NCBI GenBank assembly: GCA_944381105.1
Contig: CALWJU010000041.1
Location: forward strand, 1,217-65,216
Length of the DNA stretch: 64,000 nt
Direction: 5' to 3'
DNA from: an uncultured Clostridia bacterium
GTDB lineage: Bacteria > Bacillota > Clostridia > Christensenellales > UBA1242
Positions 9,182 to 17,679 of the stretch are shown here, in pieces. The notes beneath the pieces were generated by a model that saw nothing but the letters and a program-made list of their open reading frames with translations, was not told where the DNA came from and made no database searches. Both the position numbers and the translations under genes were made by a program. Position 1 is the first letter of the stretch. Each line of letters begins with the position of its first letter.

Positions 9182-10353
9182 AAGTTTTATTATTAAGATT
9201 TGGCGAATTGTATTTAAAAGGGCATAACAGATATGTCTTTGAAAATATGCTGATACACAATATAAAAAATATGCTGGCAGGAGAGGATTTTAGAATATCA
9301 AAGACTTTCGGGCGTTATGTTGTAACAGATTACAGAGAAGAACGTGAAATTGAACTGATTGAAAAGTTAAAAAGAGTGTTTGGACTTTATAGTTTAAGTC
9401 CAGCAGATGAGGTTGACTCTGACGTAGAAAAGATAGAGGATTACATTTCTAAAATAAAATGTGAGGGGGAGAGTTTTAAGGTTTTTGTCAAAAGAGCGGA
9501 TAAGTCTTTTCCTATTTCCTCAATGGAATTTGCTAAAAAACTAGGTGAGATTGTTTTAAACAATAACAAAAACTCCTATGTAGACTTATACAATCCAGAG
9601 CATGAAATTTATGTGGATATAAGAATTAATAAGAAAGCCTATATTTTTGATAAGATTATAAAATGTCAAGGAGGACTTCCTCTTGGAAGTTCTGGTAAAG
9701 GGCTTTTACTTTTATCTGGTGGAATTGATAGTCCAGTTGCTGGGTTTTTGATGGCAAGGCGAGGGATGATGTTCGAAGCGTTGCATTTTCATAGTTATCC
9801 TTACACATCAGAACTTGCTAAGGATAAAGTAATCACACTTGCTAAACATTTGACAAATTACGTTGGGAATTTAAGACTTCATATTGTTTCTTTTACAAAA
9901 GTACAAGAGGAAATTCACAAAAGATGTAAGAGTGAATTTATGATAACTATAATGAGAAGAATAATGATGAGGGTCGCAAATAAAATTTGTGAAAAGTATA
10001 ATCTTGGTGCGATTATTACAGGAGAAAGTTTGGGACAAGTAGCAAGTCAAACAATGCAGAGCATGACAGTAACTGGCAGTGTGGTAAAAGATATACCAAT
10101 TTTTAGACCTTGTCTTGCTATGGATAAAGAGGAAATAATTCAAATCTCAAAATCTATCAACACATATGATACATCTATTCTTCCTTATGAAGATTGCTGT
10201 ACTGTTTTTTTACCGAAAAATCCTGTTATAAAACCTACTATCAAACAAGCATTGGGGGAAGAACAATATCTAAACGTTGATGCCTTAGTAGAGGAGTGTT
10301 TAGAAAAAGAAGAAATTTTAGAGGTGTCAAGTGAATTTGATAACAGAGACTGA
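9178..10353 (+). CDS. thiI: tRNA 4-thiouridine(8) synthase ThiI
   Basis: THUMP-like N-terminus and PP-loop LLLSGGIDSPVA. ATGA overlap with the upstream desulfurase. Confidence 0.9.
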   Translation: MKVLLLRFGELYLKGHNRYVFENMLIHNIKNMLAGEDFRISKTFGRYVVTDYREEREIELIEKLKRVFGLYSLSPADEVDSDVEKIEDYISKIKCEGESFKVFVKRADKSFPISSMEFAKKLGEIVLNNNKNSYVDLYNPEHEIYVDIRINKKAYIFDKIIKCQGGLPLGSSGKGLLLLSGGIDSPVAGFLMARRGMMFEALHFHSYPYTSELAKDKVITLAKHLTNYVGNLRLHIVSFTKVQEEIHKRCKSEFMITIMRRIMMRVANKICEKYNLGAIITGESLGQVASQTMQSMTVTGSVVKDIPIFRPCLAMDKEEIIQISKSINTYDTSILPYEDCCTVFLPKNPVIKPTIKQALGEEQYLNVDALVEECLEKEEILEVSSEFDNRD

Positions 10354-10482
10354 CGTAAGGCAATTTATAAGCACTTATGATATTTAATTTGCCATGATAT
10401 TAAATTGGATAAGTTTTGGTAAATTATATGAAATCGAATAAAAATTAAAAGATGTAACGAGTTAGAGAAGTTTTTGCTACAA

Positions 10483-10509
10483 GAGAAGGGTAAGTCCCTT
10501 CTTTTTTTA
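10483..10509 (+). terminator. intrinsic terminator after thiI
   Basis: GAGAAGGG-TAAGT-CCCTTCT followed by T6. Confidence 0.75.
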
Positions 10510-10639
10510 TTGTAAAATGATTTAATGTAAGTTTGTACAATATGCAATATGCGCAGGGGAAGATAAGCAAGAGATTAATATAAATAATATATTGTTTTAT
10601 AAATATGAGTATATTTCTGTTTTGGGAAAAATAGTAAAC

Positions 10640-10815
10640 ATTCTATATGCATAAATGGTTATATTTATAAAATGTCAATTTATAAAATTTCATATTATGC
10701 AATATATATTAAAATTTCATGTATAAATATACAAAAATCTCTTGCATAATTATAAAAAATGTTGTATAATAATCAAAAATACATGTATAAAGATAAATTT
10801 ATATTTATGCATGAT
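10640..10815. promoter_or_regulatory. cluster of ARG-box-like AT-rich imperfect palindromes upstream of argR (possible autoregulatory operators)
   Basis: Repeated TATGCATAAAT / TATGCAATATATATT / CATGTATAAA ... TATTTATGCATG elements resemble TNTGAATWWWWATTCANW-type ARG boxes. Judged by eye only. Confidence 0.3.
10742..10770 (+). promoter_or_regulatory. sigma-A type promoter TTGCAT-17-TATAAT upstream of argR
   Basis: TTGCAT 10742-10747, TATAAT 10765-10770. Confidence 0.45.
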
Positions 10816-10863
10816 TTCTATAACCCTTTAAATTAAAGGCTTATAGCGATTGAAGGAGTACAA

Positions 10864-11316
10864 ATGGCAAGAAGTGCGAGGCAATCAAAAATATTAGAAC
10901 TTATATCAACAAAAGAAATTGAAACTCAAGATGAACTTGCGAGAGAGTTGAGAAATGCTAATTTTGATATAACACAAGCAACTATTTCAAGAGATATTAA
11001 AGAACTTGGGTTGACTAAGATTTTGTCAAGTACTGGCAAATACAAATACTGTTTTGTTGGTTCTGATGAACAGGTTATTTCAAATAAATACATAACAATT
11101 TTCAAGGAATCGGTTATATCTGTCAAGGTTGCAATGAATCTTGTTGTGATAAAAACTATGAAAGGGCTTGGAGCAGGGCTTAGTAGTTTTGTTGATAAAC
11201 TAAACATTAATGAACTTATGGGAGCGGTCAATGGCGATGATACTGTTATGCTTATTTTCCCTACTACCACTCTTGCTAGTCAAGCAGTAGTAACTTTAAA
11301 TGATATGTTAAACTAA
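10864..11316 (+). CDS. argR: arginine repressor ArgR/AhrC
   Basis: Winged-helix TQATISRDIKELGL and C-terminal oligomerisation/arginine-binding motif GAVNGDDTVMLI. GAAGGAG SD. Confidence 0.9.
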   Translation: MARSARQSKILELISTKEIETQDELARELRNANFDITQATISRDIKELGLTKILSSTGKYKYCFVGSDEQVISNKYITIFKESVISVKVAMNLVVIKTMKGLGAGLSSFVDKLNINELMGAVNGDDTVMLIFPTTTLASQAVVTLNDMLN

Positions 11317-11327
11317 AAGGGGTTTTT

Positions 11328-13001
11328 ATGCTTCAAACACTGTCTATAAAAAATATTGCATTGATTTCTTCTTTAACAATTGATTTCGGTAAAGGCTTTA
11401 ATGTTCTACTAGGAGAAACAGGTGCTGGAAAAAGTATAATTTTTGATGCCTTAAATTTTGTCCTTGGTGCTAAATTAGACAAAACACTTTTGCGTTATGG
11501 TGAGAGTGTTATGAGGGTTGATGCTGTATTTTCTAATCTAAAAGAAAACGCTTTGACACTATTAAAGGAACTTGGAATAGAGGAAGACGAGGTAGCATTG
11601 TCTAGGTCTTATTCGGCAGATGGTAAGTCTGTTATAAGAATAAATGGTATTCCTTCAAGCCAGAGTGTACTTAAAGAGGTAGGTGAAATACTTGTAAACA
11701 GTTATTCTCAACATGAAAGTATAGATTTACTTAAAACAAAAAATCATCTTATTATGCTAGATAAGTATGGCGGAGAAAAGGTAAGGGCTATTAAGGAAAG
11801 TTTACAGGTTGATTATAACAAACTTAGAGAGATTGAAAAAAAGATAAAAAATTTAGGCGGTAATGAATTTGAAAGAGAAAGAACAAAATCTCTTCTTTTA
11901 TATCAGATAAATGAAATAGAAAGTGCTGATTTAAAGGTCGGTGAAGATGAAGAGGTTAAAGAAAGACTTGCATTTTTAAACAATGCTTAGAAAATTTTTC
12001 AAGCAATAACTACATGTGAACAGATTTTATCTGATGACAATTCGTCTAGCATCAATAATTTACAACAAGCATCTGGACTTTTGGCTGGCATTTCAGGTTT
12101 TGCTAGCATTGATGATTGTAAAAATAGACTTGATAGCGCAAGGTTTGAACTTGAAGATATTTGCCAAACCTTAATTGATATAAAGACTGATGCTGAGTTT
12201 GATGAAAATGAGTATGAACAACTTGATAAGAGATATGACTTAATTAAATCACTTACTAGAAAATATGGTGGCAGTATAGAAAGAGTTTTAGATTATTTAC
12301 ATAATATTAAATCGCAATATGAAGAACTTGAAAATAGCGAGGTTTTACTTTCGCATCTTGAAAGTGAAAGAAAAAAAGAAGAGGATAAATTAAACCATCA
12401 AGCAGAAATATTATCCAATTTAAGAAAGGATGTAGCAAGAGAGATTTCTCAGAAAATAGTATCCGAACTTCGTCAGTTGGGCATGAAATCCAGCACTTTT
12501 GATGTTAAATTTTCTAAGTTAGATACAATAACGGCAGAAGGTTATGATGAAGTAGAATTTGAGTTTTCTGCAAATAAGGGGCAAGAACTTAAATCACTAT
12601 CAAAGACTGCTTCTGGTGGGGAACTTAGTCGATTTATGCTGGCTGTTAAAAATATATTTGCTGAGACTGGTGTTGCTCAGACATTGATTTTTGATGAAAT
12701 TGACTCTGGAATTAGTGGTGAGACTGGAAATATAGTAGGACAAAAATTGTACAATATTACAAAATATGCACAAGTGCTCTGTATTACACACTTACCACAA
12801 GTTGCAAGTTATGGTGATGAATTTTTCTATGTAAGCAAGCAAGAAGAAAATAATACCACAATTACTAATATAAAACATCTTGAAGGTGATGAAATTATTT
12901 TTAACATAGCGAGAATGATTGGCGGTAATAAAGTAAGCGAAATTGCTTTATCTCATGCAAATGAAATGAGAAATTTAGCAATAAAGAATAGAATAATATA
13001 A
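11328..13001 (+). pseudogene. recN: DNA repair protein RecN, reading frame interrupted by one in-frame TAG (11988-11990)
   Basis: ORFs 11328-11990 (Walker A GETGAGKS) and 12081-13001 (SGGELSRFMLA signature, Walker B LIFDEIDSG) are in the same frame. The 87 nt between the TAG and the second ORF's TTG start at 12081 have no other stop. Confidence 0.8.
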
Positions 13002-13054
13002 TAGAAAATGAGCAGACTAATACTTAGGTATTGGTCTTTTTTTTAGGAGGAAAA

Positions 13055-14263
13055 ATGCAAAAAAGAAATAAAAGAATATTTTTTGTATTAGCAGTTATTC
13101 TATTTTCGCTTATTATAAATGGTATAGATTTTAATAGTATTTTTGGTATTGAAAATAATTTTTATACTAGTTATTCTGAAGTTGAGAAGGCAAATAAAGA
13201 GGGGGCTTTTGGAAATTTTATATCAATGTCTTTAAATGAAGATGAGGTTTCAACGGACAATAAAAAAGAAGGCAATGGTAGTGTATTGTTTAAATTGTTT
13301 GGATTTATACCAATTAGAAAAGTTAATGTAAGGATTATTCCTGAGGATGATGTATATGTAGGAGGTTCTCCGATAGGGCTGGCTGTAAGTGCTGATGGTG
13401 CGTTGGTAGTAAGCGACGTCGTGGTTAGTGCAAAAGACAATCAAATATTAAAAAATAAATCAATAAAAAATGGCGATATTATTAAAAAGATAAATGGCAA
13501 GGATATAAAGAATATAGATGATATTGATGAGGCTCTACAAAGCAATAATTCAAATGAAGCGGACATAGAAATCATTAGGAATAATAAATCAAAAACCTTA
13601 AAGGTTGGTCTCTTGAAAGATATTTCTAATAGATATAAATTAGGTGTTTGGGTAAAAAATTCTCTTTCAGGCATTGGCACTTTGACTTTTGTAAAAAAGA
13701 ATGGTGAGTATGGGGCTTTGGGGCATCCAATTACAAATTCAAATAGTGATAGTATCGTTCCTGTTAAAGATGGCAATATATATAATTGTAATCTAATAGG
13801 TATAAATAAAGGTCAAAAGAACAAGCCAGGAGAACTTAGAGGGGTGTTTTTGCAAAAGAATCCAATAGGAGAGATAACAAAAAATACAGCGTATGGCATT
13901 TTTGGAAAAACTGAAAATATTGATAAACTTGTAGATATGAATAGGGTGGTTTCAATAGGTGGACGACTTAGTGTGAAGCCAGGTAAAGCAAAAATCGTTT
14001 CATCTGTCAGTGGTATACAAGAAGAATATGAAATAGAAATAATTAAGGCAAATTACCAAACTAAAAGCAATGATAAAAGTATAGTTTTTCGTGTTACAGA
14101 TAAGGACCTCATTAATTTAACAGGTGGCATTGTACAAGGAATGAGTGGTTCGCCTATAATACAAGATGGTAAACTTGTAGGAGCAGTAACACATGTATTT
14201 TTAGCAGATTCTACAAAAGGCTATGGGGTATATAGTGATTGGATGTTGGAGCAATTTGATTAA
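13055..14263 (+). CDS. spoIVB: SpoIVB peptidase (S55 family sporulation signalling protease)
   Basis: PDZ region, GIGTLTFV..GALGHPI and catalytic GMSGSPIIQDGKLVGAVTHVF. Start at ATG 13055 with AGGAGG upstream. Confidence 0.9.
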   Translation: MQKRNKRIFFVLAVILFSLIINGIDFNSIFGIENNFYTSYSEVEKANKEGAFGNFISMSLNEDEVSTDNKKEGNGSVLFKLFGFIPIRKVNVRIIPEDDVYVGGSPIGLAVSADGALVVSDVVVSAKDNQILKNKSIKNGDIIKKINGKDIKNIDDIDEALQSNNSNEADIEIIRNNKSKTLKVGLLKDISNRYKLGVWVKNSLSGIGTLTFVKKNGEYGALGHPITNSNSDSIVPVKDGNIYNCNLIGINKGQKNKPGELRGVFLQKNPIGEITKNTAYGIFGKTENIDKLVDMNRVVSIGGRLSVKPGKAKIVSSVSGIQEEYEIEIIKANYQTKSNDKSIVFRVTDKDLINLTGGIVQGMSGSPIIQDGKLVGAVTHVFLADSTKGYGVYSDWMLEQFD

Positions 14264-14275
14264 AATTTATTAAAA

Positions 14276-14306
14276 AAAGGTAATATAAAATTATTACCTT
14301 TTTTGT
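14276..14306 (+). terminator. intrinsic terminator after spoIVB
   Basis: AGGTAATA-TAAAAT-TATTACCT followed by a T-run. Confidence 0.75.
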
Positions 14307-14739
14307 AAAATAAAATCTCAGATTGTATGGTAGTTAAATTCAAGTTTTCGATGAATAGAAAAATAAAATTAAGAAAAACTAATTAGCATAAAATAAATAC
14401 AAAATTATAAAAATACAATCTATCAGAAATACAATCATAAGATTATATAAGAGATAGTTAGGTTGCGAATTATTTCATATTGCCGATAAATAGGGTTTAT
14501 CCATTGTATGAAAAACTGACAGGTGTAAGTAGAAATTATTGTAGAAGTTTGACATATATTTTTGCATAATCACAATATCATTATAAAATTTTATATAATG
14601 TAAAAAGTATATATAAACGTATTGCATGTTATTAAAATATCAAAAACATGGTAGGGAATTTGCATTTTAGTAGATAAAATAATAAAAGTAAATGAAATAA
14701 TGAATGATAATAGGTCAAGTGCCCATAAAAGATAAAAAC

Positions 14740-14912
14740 TAAAAAGGGTGTTAAATAGTAGTAAATTTTGTATATTCGGGGTGTTTTTTGTGTATAGAGG
14801 GGTGTTACAATTATTTTCTTGCTCCATTCGTATATCTATTCGCAAAAGACAAGTTTTACGAATAGATATGTGCATAATAGCATTAAATTACGGTCTATTA
14901 TGTTATTTTTTT
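14740..14912 (+). ncRNA. candidate orphan structured RNA: three GGGTGTT boxes, a 14-bp hairpin and an intrinsic terminator
   Basis: GGGTGTT at 14746, 14779 and 14800. Hairpin 14829-14842 / 14859-14872. Terminator CATAATAG (14873-14880) / CTATTATG (14895-14902) followed by TTATTTTTTT. No + strand gene downstream and no promoter confidently found. Confidence 0.25.
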
Positions 14913-15044
14913 ATAATTATTCATAATTGCATAATACTTTTTTATTCATCATTTAAAAATTATTTACCTTCATAATGTGCTTTTAATCAAGTCCTAATTT
15001 TTATAAAATTTTTATTTTTATTTAAGTTTATAATTTAATCTCTT

Positions 15045-16010
15045 TTAATTTGTCTTAATCCTATTCATCATTTTATTAAAACCTAGCATACTATTTCCGC
15101 AAACCTCATCTTTAAAAATTGTTTGGTCATAGTTATTGATAGATCTAATATCTTTAAAGGACTTTATAACTAAATGATTTACTATTTTAATAAAGACCTT
15201 ATAAATGTCCTTGCCTAAATATAATTCATCTGGTATTGAATATAAAATACTTTCTAGAAATATCTGATTACAAGCAAAGCCATTTGTGTTGTAGTATAAG
15301 GTATTAAATATTTTTAAAATTTTTACAAAATTCTCACCTACTTTATCTATTTTTTCAGATAATCTGTTTAATCGGCTATTTATATTTATTTCAATGAAAC
15401 CTTTTTTTCGACCTGCATAATATTTATAATTTGAACCATCATAACTTACAATGTATATATATATTTTTGTGTTAGAGCCAAAATCATCTTTACCTATAAT
15501 TTGTAATATGTTACCATTAAGATAAACCATGCTTGTTTCTGTTAAATAATTTATAATCGTGTTTTGCAAATCATCTGCTAAATTATATAATGTATATTTA
15601 GATAAATCTATTTCTTCTTTTTCTTGCGCATTATCAGAGGGTTTTTCTTTTTTTCTATGTTTTCTCTTCCTTTTGTAAATTACCTTTCTATTCTGCCAAG
15701 CGATTTTTATTTTTTCTTTGAAATTTTGCCAAAAAGGCAATTTTTTTACAGTATTTAATTCAAGTTGAGAATTTTGGATACCTAAAAAATAAACGAAATT
15801 TGATGTATCAACAAATCCACCACTTATCAATTCGTTAACTGGTTGTAATATTACATTTTTTGCTGTAACAAAAGATATGTTTTTTGATAAATCTTGAACG
15901 GAAGCACCTAGTATTTGATTTATCAAATTGTTTACATTTCTTATATACTTTTTATTTTCTTGGCTTGCAATATTATTAATTAAATCACTTGTAATGTTGA
16001 TATCTGCCAT
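15045..16010 (-). CDS. hypothetical protein (two domains joined by a KRKRKHRKKEK basic linker)
   Basis: 321-aa uninterrupted ORF starting 8 nt after the serS stop, with no SD. No family recognised. Confidence 0.6.
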   Translation of the reverse strand: MADINITSDLINNIASQENKKYIRNVNNLINQILGASVQDLSKNISFVTAKNVILQPVNELISGGFVDTSNFVYFLGIQNSQLELNTVKKLPFWQNFKEKIKIAWQNRKVIYKRKRKHRKKEKPSDNAQEKEEIDLSKYTLYNLADDLQNTIINYLTETSMVYLNGNILQIIGKDDFGSNTKIYIYIVSYDGSNYKYYAGRKKGFIEININSRLNRLSEKIDKVGENFVKILKIFNTLYYNTNGFACNQIFLESILYSIPDELYLGKDIYKVFIKIVNHLVIKSFKDIRSINNYDQTIFKDEVCGNSMLGFNKMMNRIKTN

Positions 16011-16018
16011 ATTTTTTA

Positions 16019-17308
16019 TTATTTTTTAGGACGAATTACACTTGTACCGCCCATATAACTCCTTAAAACCTCAGGTATATTTACGCTTCCATCTGAATTT
16101 AAATTATTTTCAAGAAAAGCAATTAGCATCCTTGGAGGTGCTACGACAGTATTATTTAAAGTATGAGCAAATTTTATACCATCTTTTGACTTAAATTTAA
16201 TTCCCAGACGCCTTGCTTGTGCATCTGAAAGATTAGAACAAGACCCAAGTTCACCAAAATATCTTTTTTGACGAGGACTCCAAGCATTTAAATCGCATGA
16301 TTTTACTTTTAAGTCAGCAAGGTCGCCACTACAACATTCCATTACCTCATGAGGTATATTTAATGTACTAAAAAATTCTGATGAAATTTGCCACATTTTG
16401 TTATACCATTTCATTGAATCTTCTGGTTTGCAAATAACAATCATTTCTTGTTTTTCGAATTGATGAACACGGTAAATACCTCTTTCTTCAATTCCGTGTG
16501 CACCAACCTCTTTTCTAAAACAAGGTGAATAAGACGTAAGGCATAGTGGCAAGTCTTCCTCTTTAAGTATAGTATCCTTAAATCTCCCAATCATAGAATG
16601 TTCACTAGTGCCGATTAAGTAAAGATCTTCGCCTTCTATTTTGTACATCATATTTTCCATTTCTTCAAAACTCATAACACCATTAACTACATCACTTCTA
16701 ATCATAAATGGTGGAATACAGTACATAAACCCTTTATTAATCATAAAATCCCTAGCATAAGACAAAATAGACGAATGTAATCTTGCAATGTCGCCAGTCA
16801 AATAATAAAAGCCATTTCCACTTGTTCTTCTAGCACTATCAAGGTCAAGTCCATTTAATCTTTCTAGTATATCAGCGTGATATGGAATTTCAAAATTAGG
16901 TATTTTAGGCGCTCCAACAGTCAATCTTTGTACATTTTCACTATCATCTTTCCCAATTGGAACGTCATCAGCAATAATATTAGGAATAGACATCATATAT
17001 TTTTTTAATTGACTAGATAGATCATTTTCTTCTTTTTCGATTTCCTCTATCCTTGCATTATTTTTTACAACTTGTTCTTTTATTTTATTAGCCTCATCAA
17101 TTTTCTTTTCACGCATTAGTAGCCCAATTTGACTACTTAAAGTGTTTCTTGTAGCTCTTAGTCCATCACCTTCTTTCTTTAAATTTCTTATTTGTTCATC
17201 AAGAGCCAATACTTTATCTACATATTCTAATTTATGGTCTTGAAACTTTTTTCTAATATTATCCTTAACAAGATCAGGATTTGTCCTAATTAAATTTATA
17301 TCTATCAT
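16019..17308 (-). CDS. serS: serine--tRNA ligase
   Basis: N-terminal coiled-coil arm; class II core motifs YLIGTSEHS, RVHQFEKQEM and CSNLSDAQARR. Confidence 0.95.
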   Translation of the reverse strand: MIDINLIRTNPDLVKDNIRKKFQDHKLEYVDKVLALDEQIRNLKKEGDGLRATRNTLSSQIGLLMREKKIDEANKIKEQVVKNNARIEEIEKEENDLSSQLKKYMMSIPNIIADDVPIGKDDSENVQRLTVGAPKIPNFEIPYHADILERLNGLDLDSARRTSGNGFYYLTGDIARLHSSILSYARDFMINKGFMYCIPPFMIRSDVVNGVMSFEEMENMMYKIEGEDLYLIGTSEHSMIGRFKDTILKEEDLPLCLTSYSPCFRKEVGAHGIEERGIYRVHQFEKQEMIVICKPEDSMKWYNKMWQISSEFFSTLNIPHEVMECCSGDLADLKVKSCDLNAWSPRQKRYFGELGSCSNLSDAQARRLGIKFKSKDGIKFAHTLNNTVVAPPRMLIAFLENNLNSDGSVNIPEVLRSYMGGTSVIRPKK

Positions 17309-17330
17309 TTTCGTATTTCTCCTATGTGAT

Positions 17331-17360
17331 TATTATACTTTTTATTAAAAAATTAGTCAA
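17331..17360 (-). promoter_or_regulatory. sigma-A type promoter TTGACT-18-TATAAT proximal to serS
   Basis: Minus-strand TTGACT (17360-17355) and TATAAT (17336-17331). Gives a leader of about 20 nt containing AGGAG. Confidence 0.55.
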
Positions 17361-17474
17361 TCAAAAATATAAAAATTACTAACAAATATGAAATATAATA
17401 TAAACTATGTGATGATAAAATTTTACTAACGCAAAATTTTAATAAATTCTTGCGAATTTATGTGCTATTAGCAC

Positions 17475-17541
17475 TCATCACATAGTATGTAAAACCATCA
17501 GTCTCACTCTTGCAAGCAAGTTCGACTTCCGATATTATAAA
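17475..17541. repeat. 67-nt repeat unit B (proximal to serS)
   Basis: 65/67 identical to 17613-17679. The minus-strand reading starts GGAAGTCGAACTTGCTTGCAAGAGTGAGACTGATGG and ends CTATGTGATGA. Confidence 0.9.
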
Positions 17542-17590
17542 CTAAATGATGTTAAAACTTAAACAAGTTAAGTTTTAATTTTGCTAAACG

Positions 17591-17612
17591 CAAAAAACAC
17601 AATAAATTGTGT
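17591..17612 (-). terminator. intrinsic terminator directly after repeat unit A (minus strand)
   Basis: Minus-strand ACACAA-TTTA-TTGTGT followed by TTTTTTG. Confidence 0.6.
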
Positions 17613-17679
17613 TCATCACATAGTATGTAAAACCATCAGTTTCACTCTTGCAAGCAAGTTCGACTTCCGATAATATAAA
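17613..17679. repeat. 67-nt repeat unit A (distal to serS)
   Basis: Direct repeat of 17475-17541 with a 138-bp period. Differs at two positions. Confidence 0.9.

Noticed and set aside
11988-11990. Genome-wide reassignment of TAG (or pyrrolysine-type decoding) as the explanation for the in-frame TAG in recN
   Set aside because: TAG ends tgt (24491-24493), the Sm_multidrug_ex gene (21862-21864), the PadR-like gene (21790-21792) and secF (56806-56808) at positions consistent with full-length proteins. In secF it sits in the loop of the terminator. TAG therefore behaves as a normal stop here.
14264-15044. Decayed spo0A pseudogene in the gap after spoIVB
   Set aside because: None of the six-frame translations shows receiver-domain or Spo0A C-terminal-like peptides. 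The only ORFs (14591-14875, 14748-14975) are low-complexity. A sensitive tblastn was not possible, so the rejection is provisional.
17525-17552. dif-like Xer site (ACTTCCGATATTATAAACT resembles the left arm and centre of Bacillus dif, ACTTCCTAGAATATATATTATGTAAACT)
   Set aside because: Only the ACTTCC..ATA left arm matches. The conserved right arm TTATGTAAACT is absent in both copies, and a dif site should be unique. This is treated as coincidence.
17475-17679. Repeat units as a CRISPR array, a tRNA/tmRNA fragment (att-site duplication) or a degenerate T-box
   Set aside because: Only two copies are present, and they are 67 nt long with a 71-nt spacer, so this is not CRISPR-like. The TTCGACT segment is not flanked by complementary T-stem arms and there is no acceptor/CCA context. 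No GGUGGNACC core or specifier-loop architecture is present on the serS strand.
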